Part shown: positions 38,150-47,652 of the stretch, piece after piece
Layout: the number at the start of each line of letters is the position of its first letter
Numbering within the stretch: the first letter of the stretch is position 1
Virus record (IMG/VR): IMGVR_UViG_3300023174_000080
Span: 54,947-118,946 of that record
Origin: a virus
Length of the DNA: 64,000 bases
Direction: 5' to 3' (one strand)
Position numbers and translations under genes: made by a program
Notes under the pieces: model-generated
The model's database searches: none
The model's input: the letters and a program-made list of their open reading frames with translations, nothing else
What the model was told of the DNA's origin: nothing

Positions 38150-39592
38150 ATGTCAGATTTGTTACAACAAGCGATTATAGACGCTACTGCTTTAAAAGAA
38201 GCAGCAATAAAAAATGCAGAAAATACTCTTATTGAAAAATACTCACATGAATTCAAGAGTACAGTTCAAAGATTATTAGAACAAGAAGAATTAGCTTCCA
38301 CAGCTGGTACGCCTGAAGCAGTTCCTCCACAAGTTGCTGCGCCAGTTCAAGCAGATGCAAATGCCGCTCTTCCACAAGCAGATGTTGGCGCTCAACCTGT
38401 AGCAGATGCTATGCAAGCAGCACCAACAGCAGAAGTTGAGGCACAAGATCCATTATCAAAGATACCACCATCTTTTGCTGACGCAGATGATGAAGAATTG
38501 ATAACTATTAATTTCTCTGATCTTAAAAAGACACTTCAAGAAATGATGGGTGTATCAGAACAAGAAACAATCAATGAATCATATGCAGTTGGTAATAATG
38601 ATACACCTCCCGGTGCAAGCGGTGGCTCACAAGCTGTAGCGCCAGCAGCAGTTATTGCAGAAGACGAATCGGAAAGTGCTTCTGAGGGCGACATGGAAGA
38701 ATCGTTAGAATTAGATGAAGAATTTGCACTTGAAGAATTGCAATTAGATGAACAAGACGTAATACAAAATGATAATTCACTAGATGGCTTAAAGGCACAA
38801 TTAACATCTTTACAACAAAAGAAAGATGGAATGATGAAAAGTAAACAAGGAGAAGTAGCTTCTTTGGATACGCAAATAAAAGAATTACAAAATAGAATAA
38901 AACAATTAGAACAAAACGCCTCTAAACAACCCACCCCAGCTGAATCTGCAACCACATCAGCAGAATCTAGCACAGAAGCTTCTTCAATGGGAGAAGATCT
39001 TCAAATTACAGAAGAAGAATTGATGGAATTAGCAGAACAATTAAAAGTTGATATTAATGTTGAAGGTCAAGCAAGAGGTTATATGGGTTCAACCACAAAT
39101 GAAAGACGCATGCAACGTGATGCAGAATTAGCTGCTTCGCGTGATGATACGGCAACAGAAAAGCGTGAAGAAGAAAAAGAAAAGATGGAAGACCTTATCA
39201 AAGAAAACCTCCAATTAAAAGCAGTTAATGAAGAAATGATGAATTTGATGGAAGCATTAAAGGTTCAAATTGAAAAAATGAACCTTTCTAATGCAAAATT
39301 ATTGTACACGAACAAAGCATTGGTAAATATCTCCTTGAATGAGCGACAAAAGAATCACATTGTCGAATCAATTTCCAAAGCAGGTAGTGTATTAGAGGCG
39401 AAAACAGTTTTTGAAACACTTCAAAGCACAGTGGAGAGCGTAAAGAAGGAAGAAAAAGCTCCAAAATCACTAAGCGAAGCGTTAAACAGAGCACAATCGC
39501 CATTTGTAGCAAAGAAGTCAACCGCAAATAGTATTAATGACATGCAAGCGCATCGAATGAAGCTATTAGCTGGTATTAAAACTAATAAATAA
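38150..39592 (+). CDS. prohead core/scaffold protein (T4 gp22-like position)
   Basis: Acidic coiled coil, LLQQAIIDATALKEAA start, NLSNAKLLYTN, C-terminal RMKLLAGI, directly upstream of the MCP. Confidence 0.8.
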   Translation: MSDLLQQAIIDATALKEAAIKNAENTLIEKYSHEFKSTVQRLLEQEELASTAGTPEAVPPQVAAPVQADANAALPQADVGAQPVADAMQAAPTAEVEAQDPLSKIPPSFADADDEELITINFSDLKKTLQEMMGVSEQETINESYAVGNNDTPPGASGGSQAVAPAAVIAEDESESASEGDMEESLELDEEFALEELQLDEQDVIQNDNSLDGLKAQLTSLQQKKDGMMKSKQGEVASLDTQIKELQNRIKQLEQNASKQPTPAESATTSAESSTEASSMGEDLQITEEELMELAEQLKVDINVEGQARGYMGSTTNERRMQRDAELAASRDDTATEKREEEKEKMEDLIKENLQLKAVNEEMMNLMEALKVQIEKMNLSNAKLLYTNKALVNISLNERQKNHIVESISKAGSVLEAKTVFETLQSTVESVKKEEKAPKSLSEALNRAQSPFVAKKSTANSINDMQAHRMKLLAGIKTNK

Positions 39593-39613
39593 CTATCTTA
39601 AGGAGATAAATAA

Positions 39614-41374
39614 ATGAGTAACGTATTAGAGCGCCTCACAGAAGGCGTAGTTGAACGCAACATGTTGAATGAAACAAAGGCTGTAGTAGGTAAGTGGGAA
39701 GCTTCTGGTTTATTAGAAGGTTTAAAGACAGAACGTGAACGCAGCACAATGGCAGTATTGCTTGAAAACCAAGCAAAAGAATTACTCCGCGAAGCTAACA
39801 CAATGGCTTCTGGTGACGTACAAGGTTTCGCAGCAGTTGCATTCCCTATCGTTCGTCGCGTATTCGCTGGCTTAATTGCTAACGACCTTGTATCTGTACA
39901 ACCAATGAGCTTACCATCCGGTCTTGTATTCTTCATGGATTTCAAGCGTGGTACAGCAGTAGGTAACACAGGTGACCGCGTATTCCAAACTGGTTCTTCA
40001 TTCTTCGGTGATCGTTTAGGCGTAGAAATCACTGGTGGAGTTCGTTTAGATGGCGCATACACAGAAAAGGGTTTTTATAACTTAGCAAATGGTTATAACA
40101 AAAACCGTTATAATACCTTTGTACCAACTGGCAGCGTATCCGAAACAGCAGCATTTGCTCTTTCTGGCGCAAGCGACACCAACAAGGCATTAATTCGTTG
40201 GGATCCAGACCTTTTGGATGGCGTAACATATACTTCTGCTTCAGTATTACGCATTCCATTAACTGCTGTATCACAAAGTGCATTACTTGCTGAAAAAGAT
40301 GTATTTTCTCTTTCAGTAGCACAAGCAGCTGGCTATACTGCTGGCACCACTGGTGACGTAACAGCTTCTACCTTAACTGGTACAGGTACCACAGTAGTTC
40401 GCCGCTTAACAACCGTTGTAGAAGTTGCTGGCACCAAGTATTTGCAATTCGTTGTAGCAAGCAACAGCGCAGCTGCATTAGCAAGTGTTGTAACTGGTTC
40501 TCACGTAGCTCTTTCTTACCCAATCAAAGATAATTTGATTGGCGTAGGCGATCATGCTCTTGGCGCTATCAAGGGTGCAACACCATGGGGTTTTGAAGAT
40601 TCTTCCGCAATTCCAGAAGTTGAATTAAAGGTAGACAGCTTCTCTATCACTGCTGGTACCCGTAAGCTCAAGGCAGCTTGGACCCCAGAATTAGGTCAAG
40701 ACTTGAACGCTTATCACAATCTCGATGCAGAAGTAGAATTAACTTCTATCCTTTCTGAACAAATCGGTCTTGAAATCGACCAAGAAATCTTGAACGATCT
40801 TGTCAAGGGTGCTACAGCTGGCACCAAGTATTGGAGCCGTCGTCCCGGTAAGTTCGTAAACCGTGCAACTGGTGCAGATATCGGCGCAGGCGCTTATACC
40901 GCTCCACCAGACTTCACTGGTAACGTAAGCATGTGGTACGAAACACTCGTTGAAACAATCAATGATGTATCCGCAGCAATTCACCGTAAGACATTACGCG
41001 GCGGTGCAAACTTCCTCGTATGCTCACCAGAAGTTGCTAATATCTTGGAATTCACCAGCGGTTTCCGCGCTTCAGTAACAAACGATGCTGAAAAGGGTAC
41101 TGTAGGCGCAGTTAAAGTTGGCGATATGAACAAGAAGTGGGATGTTATCGTACACCCATACTTCCTCCGCAACGTAATTCTCGTTGGTCGTAAGGGTGGA
41201 AGCTTCTTAGAAAGCGGTTACGTCTATGCACCATACGTACCACTACAATCTACACCAACCATCTTCGATCCAAACACCTTCTCACCACGTAAGGCAGTTT
41301 TGACCCGTTATGGTAAGGCAATGGTTCGTCCAGACATGTACGGCCTCGTAGTTGTAGAAGATTTGGAAGGCTAG
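39614..41374 (+). CDS. major capsid protein (T4 gp23-like) with large insertion
   Basis: AVLLENQ, PIVRRVF...VSVQPMSLPSGLVF, TRKLKAAWTPELGQDLNAYHNLDAEVEL, YAPYVPL, TRYG; high-expression codon bias. Confidence 0.97.
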   Translation: MSNVLERLTEGVVERNMLNETKAVVGKWEASGLLEGLKTERERSTMAVLLENQAKELLREANTMASGDVQGFAAVAFPIVRRVFAGLIANDLVSVQPMSLPSGLVFFMDFKRGTAVGNTGDRVFQTGSSFFGDRLGVEITGGVRLDGAYTEKGFYNLANGYNKNRYNTFVPTGSVSETAAFALSGASDTNKALIRWDPDLLDGVTYTSASVLRIPLTAVSQSALLAEKDVFSLSVAQAAGYTAGTTGDVTASTLTGTGTTVVRRLTTVVEVAGTKYLQFVVASNSAAALASVVTGSHVALSYPIKDNLIGVGDHALGAIKGATPWGFEDSSAIPEVELKVDSFSITAGTRKLKAAWTPELGQDLNAYHNLDAEVELTSILSEQIGLEIDQEILNDLVKGATAGTKYWSRRPGKFVNRATGADIGAGAYTAPPDFTGNVSMWYETLVETINDVSAAIHRKTLRGGANFLVCSPEVANILEFTSGFRASVTNDAEKGTVGAVKVGDMNKKWDVIVHPYFLRNVILVGRKGGSFLESGYVYAPYVPLQSTPTIFDPNTFSPRKAVLTRYGKAMVRPDMYGLVVVEDLEG

Positions 41375-41398
41375 TAATTAAAAGAGAATAAAATCTCT

Positions 41399-41429
41399 AC
41401 CCCGCTACTGAAAGGTGGCGGGGTTTTTT
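41399..41429 (+). terminator. intrinsic terminator after the MCP gene
   Basis: ACCCCGCTACT-GAAA-GGTGGCGGGGT followed by TTTTT. Confidence 0.9.
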
Positions 41430-41453
41430 ATTTGTAAAAAGCCAATAAATAAA

Positions 41454-41462
41454 ACTATTTAT
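41454..41462 (+). promoter_or_regulatory. putative late promoter motif ACTATTTAT
   Basis: Exact copy between the MCP terminator and the neck gene. Confidence 0.7.
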
Positions 41463-41485
41463 TGTATACTTTAGAGGGATAATAA

Positions 41486-42781
41486 ATGGCACTTCCAGAT
41501 TTTTCACCTATTTCAAAAATGAGTAAGGTAATTTTGCCTGTCACTGGCAATACAGCAAATGTAAATACCTCTAGTTTACCATTTGGAGTTTATGTATCTA
41601 CAGATTATTGGAATGCCGAACAAATTGCAGCATATAAAACTGGCTCCGCTGAACAAGTGGCATTTGTTTATAAAAGATTAGGTGGTGACGTAATAGACAT
41701 AGAATTAGTTGAAACTCAAGTTCATGCTGCATATGAAGAAGCATTGTTAGAATATTCTTATTTAATTAATTTACACCAATCAAAAAATGCTCTTCCGTTT
41801 GCTTTAGGACAAGAAACCGGATCATTTAATAGTGATGGTCAGTTAACAGGTAGTAATAGTGGAAGTTTGTTGAATGCTAATTTAGCATTTCCAAAAATGC
41901 AATTTAGTTATGCAAAAAATTTGTCGATGGGGGTTAATACTCAAGTTGGATTAAACAGCAATGAACCAATTTATTCTGCATCATTTGACATCATAGCTGG
42001 TCAGCAGGATTATGATTTACAATCAATAGTTTCTTCTTCTGCTAACACAAACGGATGGCCTGTAGAAAATAAAAGAATAAATATTCAAAAAGTCTATTAT
42101 AAAACTGCTGGTGCATCTTGGAATTTCTATGGTTATTTCGGCGGTCTTAACGTAGTTGGCAATTTATCAACATACGGTCAATATGCAGACGATAGCACAT
42201 TTGAAATCATCCCAGCATGGCAAAATAAACTACAAGCTATGGCTTATGAAGATGCAATCAAAACTCGCGTAAGCGATTGGTCATTCCAAATACGCAATAA
42301 TATCCTACGTATATTCCCAGTTCCAAACGCCTCTTCTCCATTAAAATTTTGGTTTGATTTTACTGTTTCAAGTAATGCTTGGACGCAAACACCACAATTG
42401 TCTGGCTCTACTAGCACTATAGAAAGTGGAATAAATGGTGTAAATAATATGAATTCTTTACCATTTCAAAATATACCATATGATAAAATAAACAGTATTG
42501 GTAAACAATGGATTCGTCGTTTTGCTTTAGCAATTTGTAAAGAAATGTTGGGTCAAATACGTGGTAAGATAGATAAAATACCTATTCCCGGCGATTCTGT
42601 TACATTAAATGCTGATAAGTTATTATCGGAAGCTAAAGAAGAAATGGAAAAACTTCGTGAAGAATTGAAGTCTCAATTAGCTGACATGACATATGTTAAA
42701 ATTGGCGAAGATAGTTCAAAGATGATGGACGATGCTAGCAAAATTAACTCTTATGTACCAAATCTAATATTTGTGGGTTAA
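41486..42781 (+). CDS. neck/head-tail adaptor (T4 gp13-like)
   Basis: RLGGDVIDIEL, GQQDYDL, WIRRFALAICKEMLGQIRGK, VTLNADKLLSEAKEE. Confidence 0.8.
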   Translation: MALPDFSPISKMSKVILPVTGNTANVNTSSLPFGVYVSTDYWNAEQIAAYKTGSAEQVAFVYKRLGGDVIDIELVETQVHAAYEEALLEYSYLINLHQSKNALPFALGQETGSFNSDGQLTGSNSGSLLNANLAFPKMQFSYAKNLSMGVNTQVGLNSNEPIYSASFDIIAGQQDYDLQSIVSSSANTNGWPVENKRINIQKVYYKTAGASWNFYGYFGGLNVVGNLSTYGQYADDSTFEIIPAWQNKLQAMAYEDAIKTRVSDWSFQIRNNILRIFPVPNASSPLKFWFDFTVSSNAWTQTPQLSGSTSTIESGINGVNNMNSLPFQNIPYDKINSIGKQWIRRFALAICKEMLGQIRGKIDKIPIPGDSVTLNADKLLSEAKEEMEKLREELKSQLADMTYVKIGEDSSKMMDDASKINSYVPNLIFVG

Positions 42782-42786
42782 AATAA

Positions 42787-43305
42787 ATGGCTAGAAAGAA
42801 AAAAACTAAAGCTTCAATAGCTGAAAATATCGCTAACCAACCAGAAGCACCCCCTGCTCCACTTTTTCTTGGACAAAAAGAAAAAGATTTTGTTAAACAA
42901 ATTAATGATGAAGTATCTGAAAGAATAGTTGGTCAAACAGTCACCTATTATCCTATTAGCAGAGAACATACGCACTATCATCCTGTTTATGGCGAAGCAG
43001 TACAAAAAACATTCTTAAGCCCAATAAAAGTAATGGCTCTTGTAGAATGGGAAGGCAGCAATACAACAACACAAATTTTTGGTATAGATCGTAGAACGAG
43101 CGTTACTATACATTTTCATCGTAGACGTTTAACTGAAGATCAAGATTTATATGTTCGTGAAGGAGATTTCGTATTATACGGTGAGACATTTTATGAAATT
43201 ATTACTCTAGCAGAAACAAAAAATTTATTTGGTCAAGTAGATAGCAAGTTTGAAATTGTAACAAAATGTGTTAAAGCACGCGAAAGTTTATTTAATGCTA
43301 AATAA
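42787..43305 (+). CDS. head-closure/neck protein (T4 gp14-like)
   Basis: GQTVTYYP, VYGEA, REGDF; follows the gp13-like gene. Confidence 0.7.
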   Translation: MARKKKTKASIAENIANQPEAPPAPLFLGQKEKDFVKQINDEVSERIVGQTVTYYPISREHTHYHPVYGEAVQKTFLSPIKVMALVEWEGSNTTTQIFGIDRRTSVTIHFHRRRLTEDQDLYVREGDFVLYGETFYEIITLAETKNLFGQVDSKFEIVTKCVKARESLFNAK

Positions 43306-43339
43306 AAGTAATAATTATAGTATTTTCAAAACTACAACA

Positions 43340-43348
43340 ACTATTTAT
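43340..43348 (+). promoter_or_regulatory. putative late promoter motif ACTATTTAT
   Basis: Exact copy upstream of the tail sheath gene. Confidence 0.7.
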
Positions 43349-43399
43349 AATAAGTTATTAGGCTACAATATTTTGTAGACTCCCAAAGGAGAAATCAGA

Positions 43400-46171
43400 A
43401 TGTCAGTATCAAAATTTAGATTTGTATCACCCGGCGTATTTGTTAATGAAATAGATAATTCTCAATTACCAAGAGAAGCAGAAGAAATGGGTCCAGTAAT
43501 TATTGGACGCTCCTTGCGCGGTCCTATGATGCGCCCTGTACGAGTACAAAGTTTTTCTGATTTCGTAGATGTATTCGGTAATCCAATCCCCGGTGGTGCC
43601 GGTGGCGATGTGTGGAGAGAAGGCAATAAGTTAACACCAACTTACGCCCCATACGCTGCACAAACTTATTTAGCAAATTCTTCACCAGTTACTTTTATAC
43701 GTTTAGGCGGTTATCAATATCTTGGCGATAGCGCAACAACTGGTTTAGCAGGTTGGGAAACGCCAAAAGCATATGGTTTATTTGTTGCTCCTACAAGTGG
43801 TTCTGGAGTATCAACAACTGTTAACGGTCTAGCACCTTTAGCAGCAATAATTTATGCAACCGGTTCTATCGGCCTTTCCGGTAAAGGATTAGCTAGTTTA
43901 TCAGATAACGTAACTAATCAAAGCAAGACATGGGTTAAGCTTGATAATAATAATCTTGAATTAAGAATTGTTGCTGGCGGTTTAACTTCAAGCGTTAATT
44001 TTGATGATCAATCAAAAAAATATATTCGTAGCGTTTTGAATACAACCCCATCATTATACTCAGAAAAAAATTATTTTTTGGGTGAAACATTCTTAACTTT
44101 CGTTAAAGAAAAATTAGGTAATAGCATAACATCAACAGAAAATTATGCAGCGATCTTGCTAGAATTAGTAGACCATTCTAACTTTAGAAAAAATGCTGGC
44201 GATGCAAATTCTGACCCATCTGGTAATTCAACATTAGATAACTATGCAGGTTGGGTTGTATCACAGCACACCTCAGTATCTTCAAGTATGACCGCATCAG
44301 CAGATGGTACTTACGCTAGCTTGCAAAATTTATTTAAAGTAGTCGGCTTATCAGAAGGTGAATGGAATAGCCAAAATCTTAAAGTATCTATTGAAGATAT
44401 TAAATTGCCACCAAATCAATTCATTAAGTATGGTACATTTACATTGTCTATTAGAAAGATGGATGACACAGACACTAATCCAGTATTCTTAGAAAGATTT
44501 ACTGGTTTGAACTTAGATCCTTCGTCAGAAAATTATATTGCTAAGAAGATTGGTGATAAATATAGTGAATGGGATTATGATAAATCTGCATTTATAGAAT
44601 ATGGAATGTACGATAATCAATCCAAGTATATTAGAGTTCAAATGAATCAAGATGTAGATAATGCTTTGCTCGATCCAGCATTATTGCCATTTGGTTATTA
44701 TGGTCCTGTAGTATTAACTACTGGTTCAGTAAGTGGCACAAACGGCTATTCTATTACAAATGGTTTCTTAGCTGGTAACGTTGTAACAGCTAGTAATGAA
44801 TTTACTGCTAGCTTTAAATTACCAACAATTCCAAACTACACTGATAATTCTTATAGTCCTGTTTCTAGCAAAGCAGCTATGTATTGGGGCTTAAAGACAA
44901 ATGTTTCTGCTTCTAAGAAACACAATCAAGATATTTTAGATCTTGTTAGAGCAAAACCAGTAGACTATGCCACATTAGGTGGAACTGCAAAAGTATCTTA
45001 TCTATTCTCTCTTGATGATGTAAGCGGATCTGTTGTTAATGGAGTATTGGATAAATCCGCACCAGTATCTTGGACAGAAGGTAATAGAGCGGTTGGTGCA
45101 TCTTTAACTACTGATACAAGTTCATTTGATGGCGTTACTGGTTTATTACAAACTTTCAATAAATTTACATTGCCATTAGTTGGTGGTTTTGATGGTTTAA
45201 ATATATTAAAAGCAGATCCATTTGCTAATAGTTTATTATCTGTAGCTAATGGCGATCACACTGCAAACTATGCATTTAACAGCGTTAAAGTAGCTATCGA
45301 AAGTATTGCAGATGCAGAAGTAGTAGAAATGAATCTTGCATCAGTCCCCGGTATCTATGAAGAAAGATTAACAAATCTTTTGATTGAAAAGTGCGAAACC
45401 CGTGGTGATGCTTTGGCAGTTATTGACTTAGAGGGTGATTATGACCCAGAAGCTACCACAAATGCCGATAAATTGCCAGTAGTACAAGATACTGTTGATG
45501 CTTTGAAGAACCGTACATTGAACAGCAGCTATGGTTGTGCATTCTTCCCATGGGTATTGGTAAGAGATACTATCAGCAATAAGAAAGTATGGATGCCGCC
45601 TTCTGTAATTGCATTAGGTACCTTCTCTAGTTCACAAAAGAAGACCGAATTATGGTTTGCACCAGCAGGTTTTAACCGTGGTGGTTTGACAGATGGTTCA
45701 GCAGGTTTACCAGTTCTCCAAACATCATTACGTTTAAGTTCCAAGGACCGCGATGCTTTGTATGAAGCAAACATTAATCCAATTGCTACATTCCCAGCAG
45801 AAGGAATCGTAATCTTTGGTCAAAAGACCTTACAAGTAACACCAAGTGCGTTAGATCGTATTAACGTTCGTCGTTTAATGATATACTTGAAGAAAGAAAT
45901 TAGCAGAATGGCATCAACAGTATTGTTCGATCCAAATGTTGAAGTCACATGGAATAGATTCTTGAATCAAGCACAACCTTTCTTGGCTAGCGTACAATCA
46001 AGATTCGGTTTGTCAGAGTATAGAATTATTCTAGACAACACAACAACAACGCCAGACTTAGTAGATAGAAATATCGTATACGCTAAGATTCTTTTGAAGC
46101 CAACACGCGCTATCGAATTTATCGCTCTTGACTTCGTTATCAGCAATACAGGTGCTTCTTTCGCTGATTAG
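43400..46171 (+). CDS. tail sheath protein (T4 gp18-like)
   Basis: FVSPGVFVNEID, WFAPAGFNRG, LYEANINPI, GQKTLQ...SALDRINVRRL, LKPTRAIEFI. Confidence 0.97.
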   Translation: MSVSKFRFVSPGVFVNEIDNSQLPREAEEMGPVIIGRSLRGPMMRPVRVQSFSDFVDVFGNPIPGGAGGDVWREGNKLTPTYAPYAAQTYLANSSPVTFIRLGGYQYLGDSATTGLAGWETPKAYGLFVAPTSGSGVSTTVNGLAPLAAIIYATGSIGLSGKGLASLSDNVTNQSKTWVKLDNNNLELRIVAGGLTSSVNFDDQSKKYIRSVLNTTPSLYSEKNYFLGETFLTFVKEKLGNSITSTENYAAILLELVDHSNFRKNAGDANSDPSGNSTLDNYAGWVVSQHTSVSSSMTASADGTYASLQNLFKVVGLSEGEWNSQNLKVSIEDIKLPPNQFIKYGTFTLSIRKMDDTDTNPVFLERFTGLNLDPSSENYIAKKIGDKYSEWDYDKSAFIEYGMYDNQSKYIRVQMNQDVDNALLDPALLPFGYYGPVVLTTGSVSGTNGYSITNGFLAGNVVTASNEFTASFKLPTIPNYTDNSYSPVSSKAAMYWGLKTNVSASKKHNQDILDLVRAKPVDYATLGGTAKVSYLFSLDDVSGSVVNGVLDKSAPVSWTEGNRAVGASLTTDTSSFDGVTGLLQTFNKFTLPLVGGFDGLNILKADPFANSLLSVANGDHTANYAFNSVKVAIESIADAEVVEMNLASVPGIYEERLTNLLIEKCETRGDALAVIDLEGDYDPEATTNADKLPVVQDTVDALKNRTLNSSYGCAFFPWVLVRDTISNKKVWMPPSVIALGTFSSSQKKTELWFAPAGFNRGGLTDGSAGLPVLQTSLRLSSKDRDALYEANINPIATFPAEGIVIFGQKTLQVTPSALDRINVRRLMIYLKKEISRMASTVLFDPNVEVTWNRFLNQAQPFLASVQSRFGLSEYRIILDNTTTTPDLVDRNIVYAKILLKPTRAIEFIALDFVISNTGASFAD

Positions 46172-46215
46172 TAAAAAAGTAATTTAGTGACTATATAATA
46201 TAGGAGAACAAAAAA

Positions 46216-46809
46216 ATGTCATTTTGGAGTACAGCGACAGCAGAACCAAAAAGAAAGTTTAGATGGAAAATAGTATTTTCCGGTGCAGGTGGTATTTCAA
46301 ACTTATCCTATGCTCTTAAAAAAGCAGATAAACCAAAAGGTAAAGTAAATCCAACTACCCACAAATATTTAAATCACAACTTTAATTATCCGGGTCGTTT
46401 TGAATGGGAAGATATCAATTTAACCTTTGCTTCAGTTTCACAACCTGATGCAACGTTTTTAATTAATCAAGTATTAATTAATGCTGGTTATGGTGTACCG
46501 AAAACAGCCGGTAACACAACCACAAATAAAAGAGATTTAGCTACAATCAGCAAACGTAAATTCAATGGCGCTTTAGGTAGCTTCTTTAACATTCAACAAT
46601 TAAACCCAGATGGTGAAGTAATTGAAAATTGGAAAGTGTGGAATCCATTTTTTACTAGCGTTAATTATGGCGATCTAGATTACAGCAGCGAAGATATCGT
46701 AGATATCCAAGTTGGTGTTAAATACGATTATGCACAATTAATGGATATAAACTCAAACAACCCAGTTGATAAAAATACTCCATTTAATCCCGGTTTCCCA
46801 AGTCCATAA
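46216..46809 (+). CDS. tail tube protein (T4 gp19-like)
   Basis: EPKRKFRW, YPGRFEWEDINLTF, GEVIENW, YGDLDYS, YDYA; follows the sheath gene. Confidence 0.85.
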   Translation: MSFWSTATAEPKRKFRWKIVFSGAGGISNLSYALKKADKPKGKVNPTTHKYLNHNFNYPGRFEWEDINLTFASVSQPDATFLINQVLINAGYGVPKTAGNTTTNKRDLATISKRKFNGALGSFFNIQQLNPDGEVIENWKVWNPFFTSVNYGDLDYSSEDIVDIQVGVKYDYAQLMDINSNNPVDKNTPFNPGFPSP

Positions 46810-46824
46810 TATTTTATATAACGT

Positions 46825-46833
46825 ACTATTTAT
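46825..46833 (+). promoter_or_regulatory. putative late promoter motif ACTATTTAT
   Basis: Exact copy 6 nt before ATG 46840, with no RBS. Confidence 0.6.
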
Positions 46834-46839
46834 TTTATT

Positions 46840-47622
46840 ATGCCATTTTGGTCAGATAAAGAAACAAGTGAGCCATTAAGACAAAATAGATGGTATATAG
46901 AATTTGGTAGTTTAGAAAATTTTAAATATGCTTTAAAATCATGCTCCAAACCCGAATATGATATCGGTGTTTCGGAGCATGTTCTTTTGAATCATACTTT
47001 TAGATATCCGAAAAATCTTGTCTGGAAGCCGGTAACAGTTAAAATGATATCTGTTACCACCAACGCTATTGAATACGATCCAGCATCAGGAAAAACAAGC
47101 TTGTCTGAAAAATTATATCAAATGCTGTATTATGGCGGATATAGACCACCAAGTGAAGAAACAACACCTTCTGCTCCTGTGCCATCTGATAATCGTGCGC
47201 CGGTTATTCCTAAACCTCCCGGCCCAGAATATAATAAATCAAATATTTCTAAAAAAAATTTAACTGCTGGTCTTCTTATGCAACCGCAAGAATTAATAAA
47301 AAAAGTAACACCAGAGGGAGGTTTGATTCGATTAATTCAAATTGATTCTAATGGAAATGGAATAGAATTTTGGGATTTGTATAATCCTTTTATTAATAAC
47401 GTTAAATTTGGTAGTTTATCATATGATAATGATGGATTTGTTGATATTGATTTAACTATTCAATATGATTATGCTAAAGTTTATTCTAAGCCCTCTGATG
47501 ATAAAGGTTTAGATAGACAAACATTTACTATATTTGGTTTAGATACTAATATTCAAAATCCATTTGCTTCACTATCACCTAGTGATAAAAAAATTAATCC
47601 GGGTTTCCCTAGCTCGAATTAG
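46840..47622 (+). CDS. second tail-tube-like paralogue
   Basis: EPLRQNRW, LNHTFRYP..LVWKPV, IEFWDLYNPF, FGSLSYD, YDYA; contains a Pro-rich insert. Confidence 0.8.
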   Translation: MPFWSDKETSEPLRQNRWYIEFGSLENFKYALKSCSKPEYDIGVSEHVLLNHTFRYPKNLVWKPVTVKMISVTTNAIEYDPASGKTSLSEKLYQMLYYGGYRPPSEETTPSAPVPSDNRAPVIPKPPGPEYNKSNISKKNLTAGLLMQPQELIKKVTPEGGLIRLIQIDSNGNGIEFWDLYNPFINNVKFGSLSYDNDGFVDIDLTIQYDYAKVYSKPSDDKGLDRQTFTIFGLDTNIQNPFASLSPSDKKINPGFPSSN

Positions 47623-47652
47623 TAGTAGTATAACACGAAAGCGTAGGTTTAT

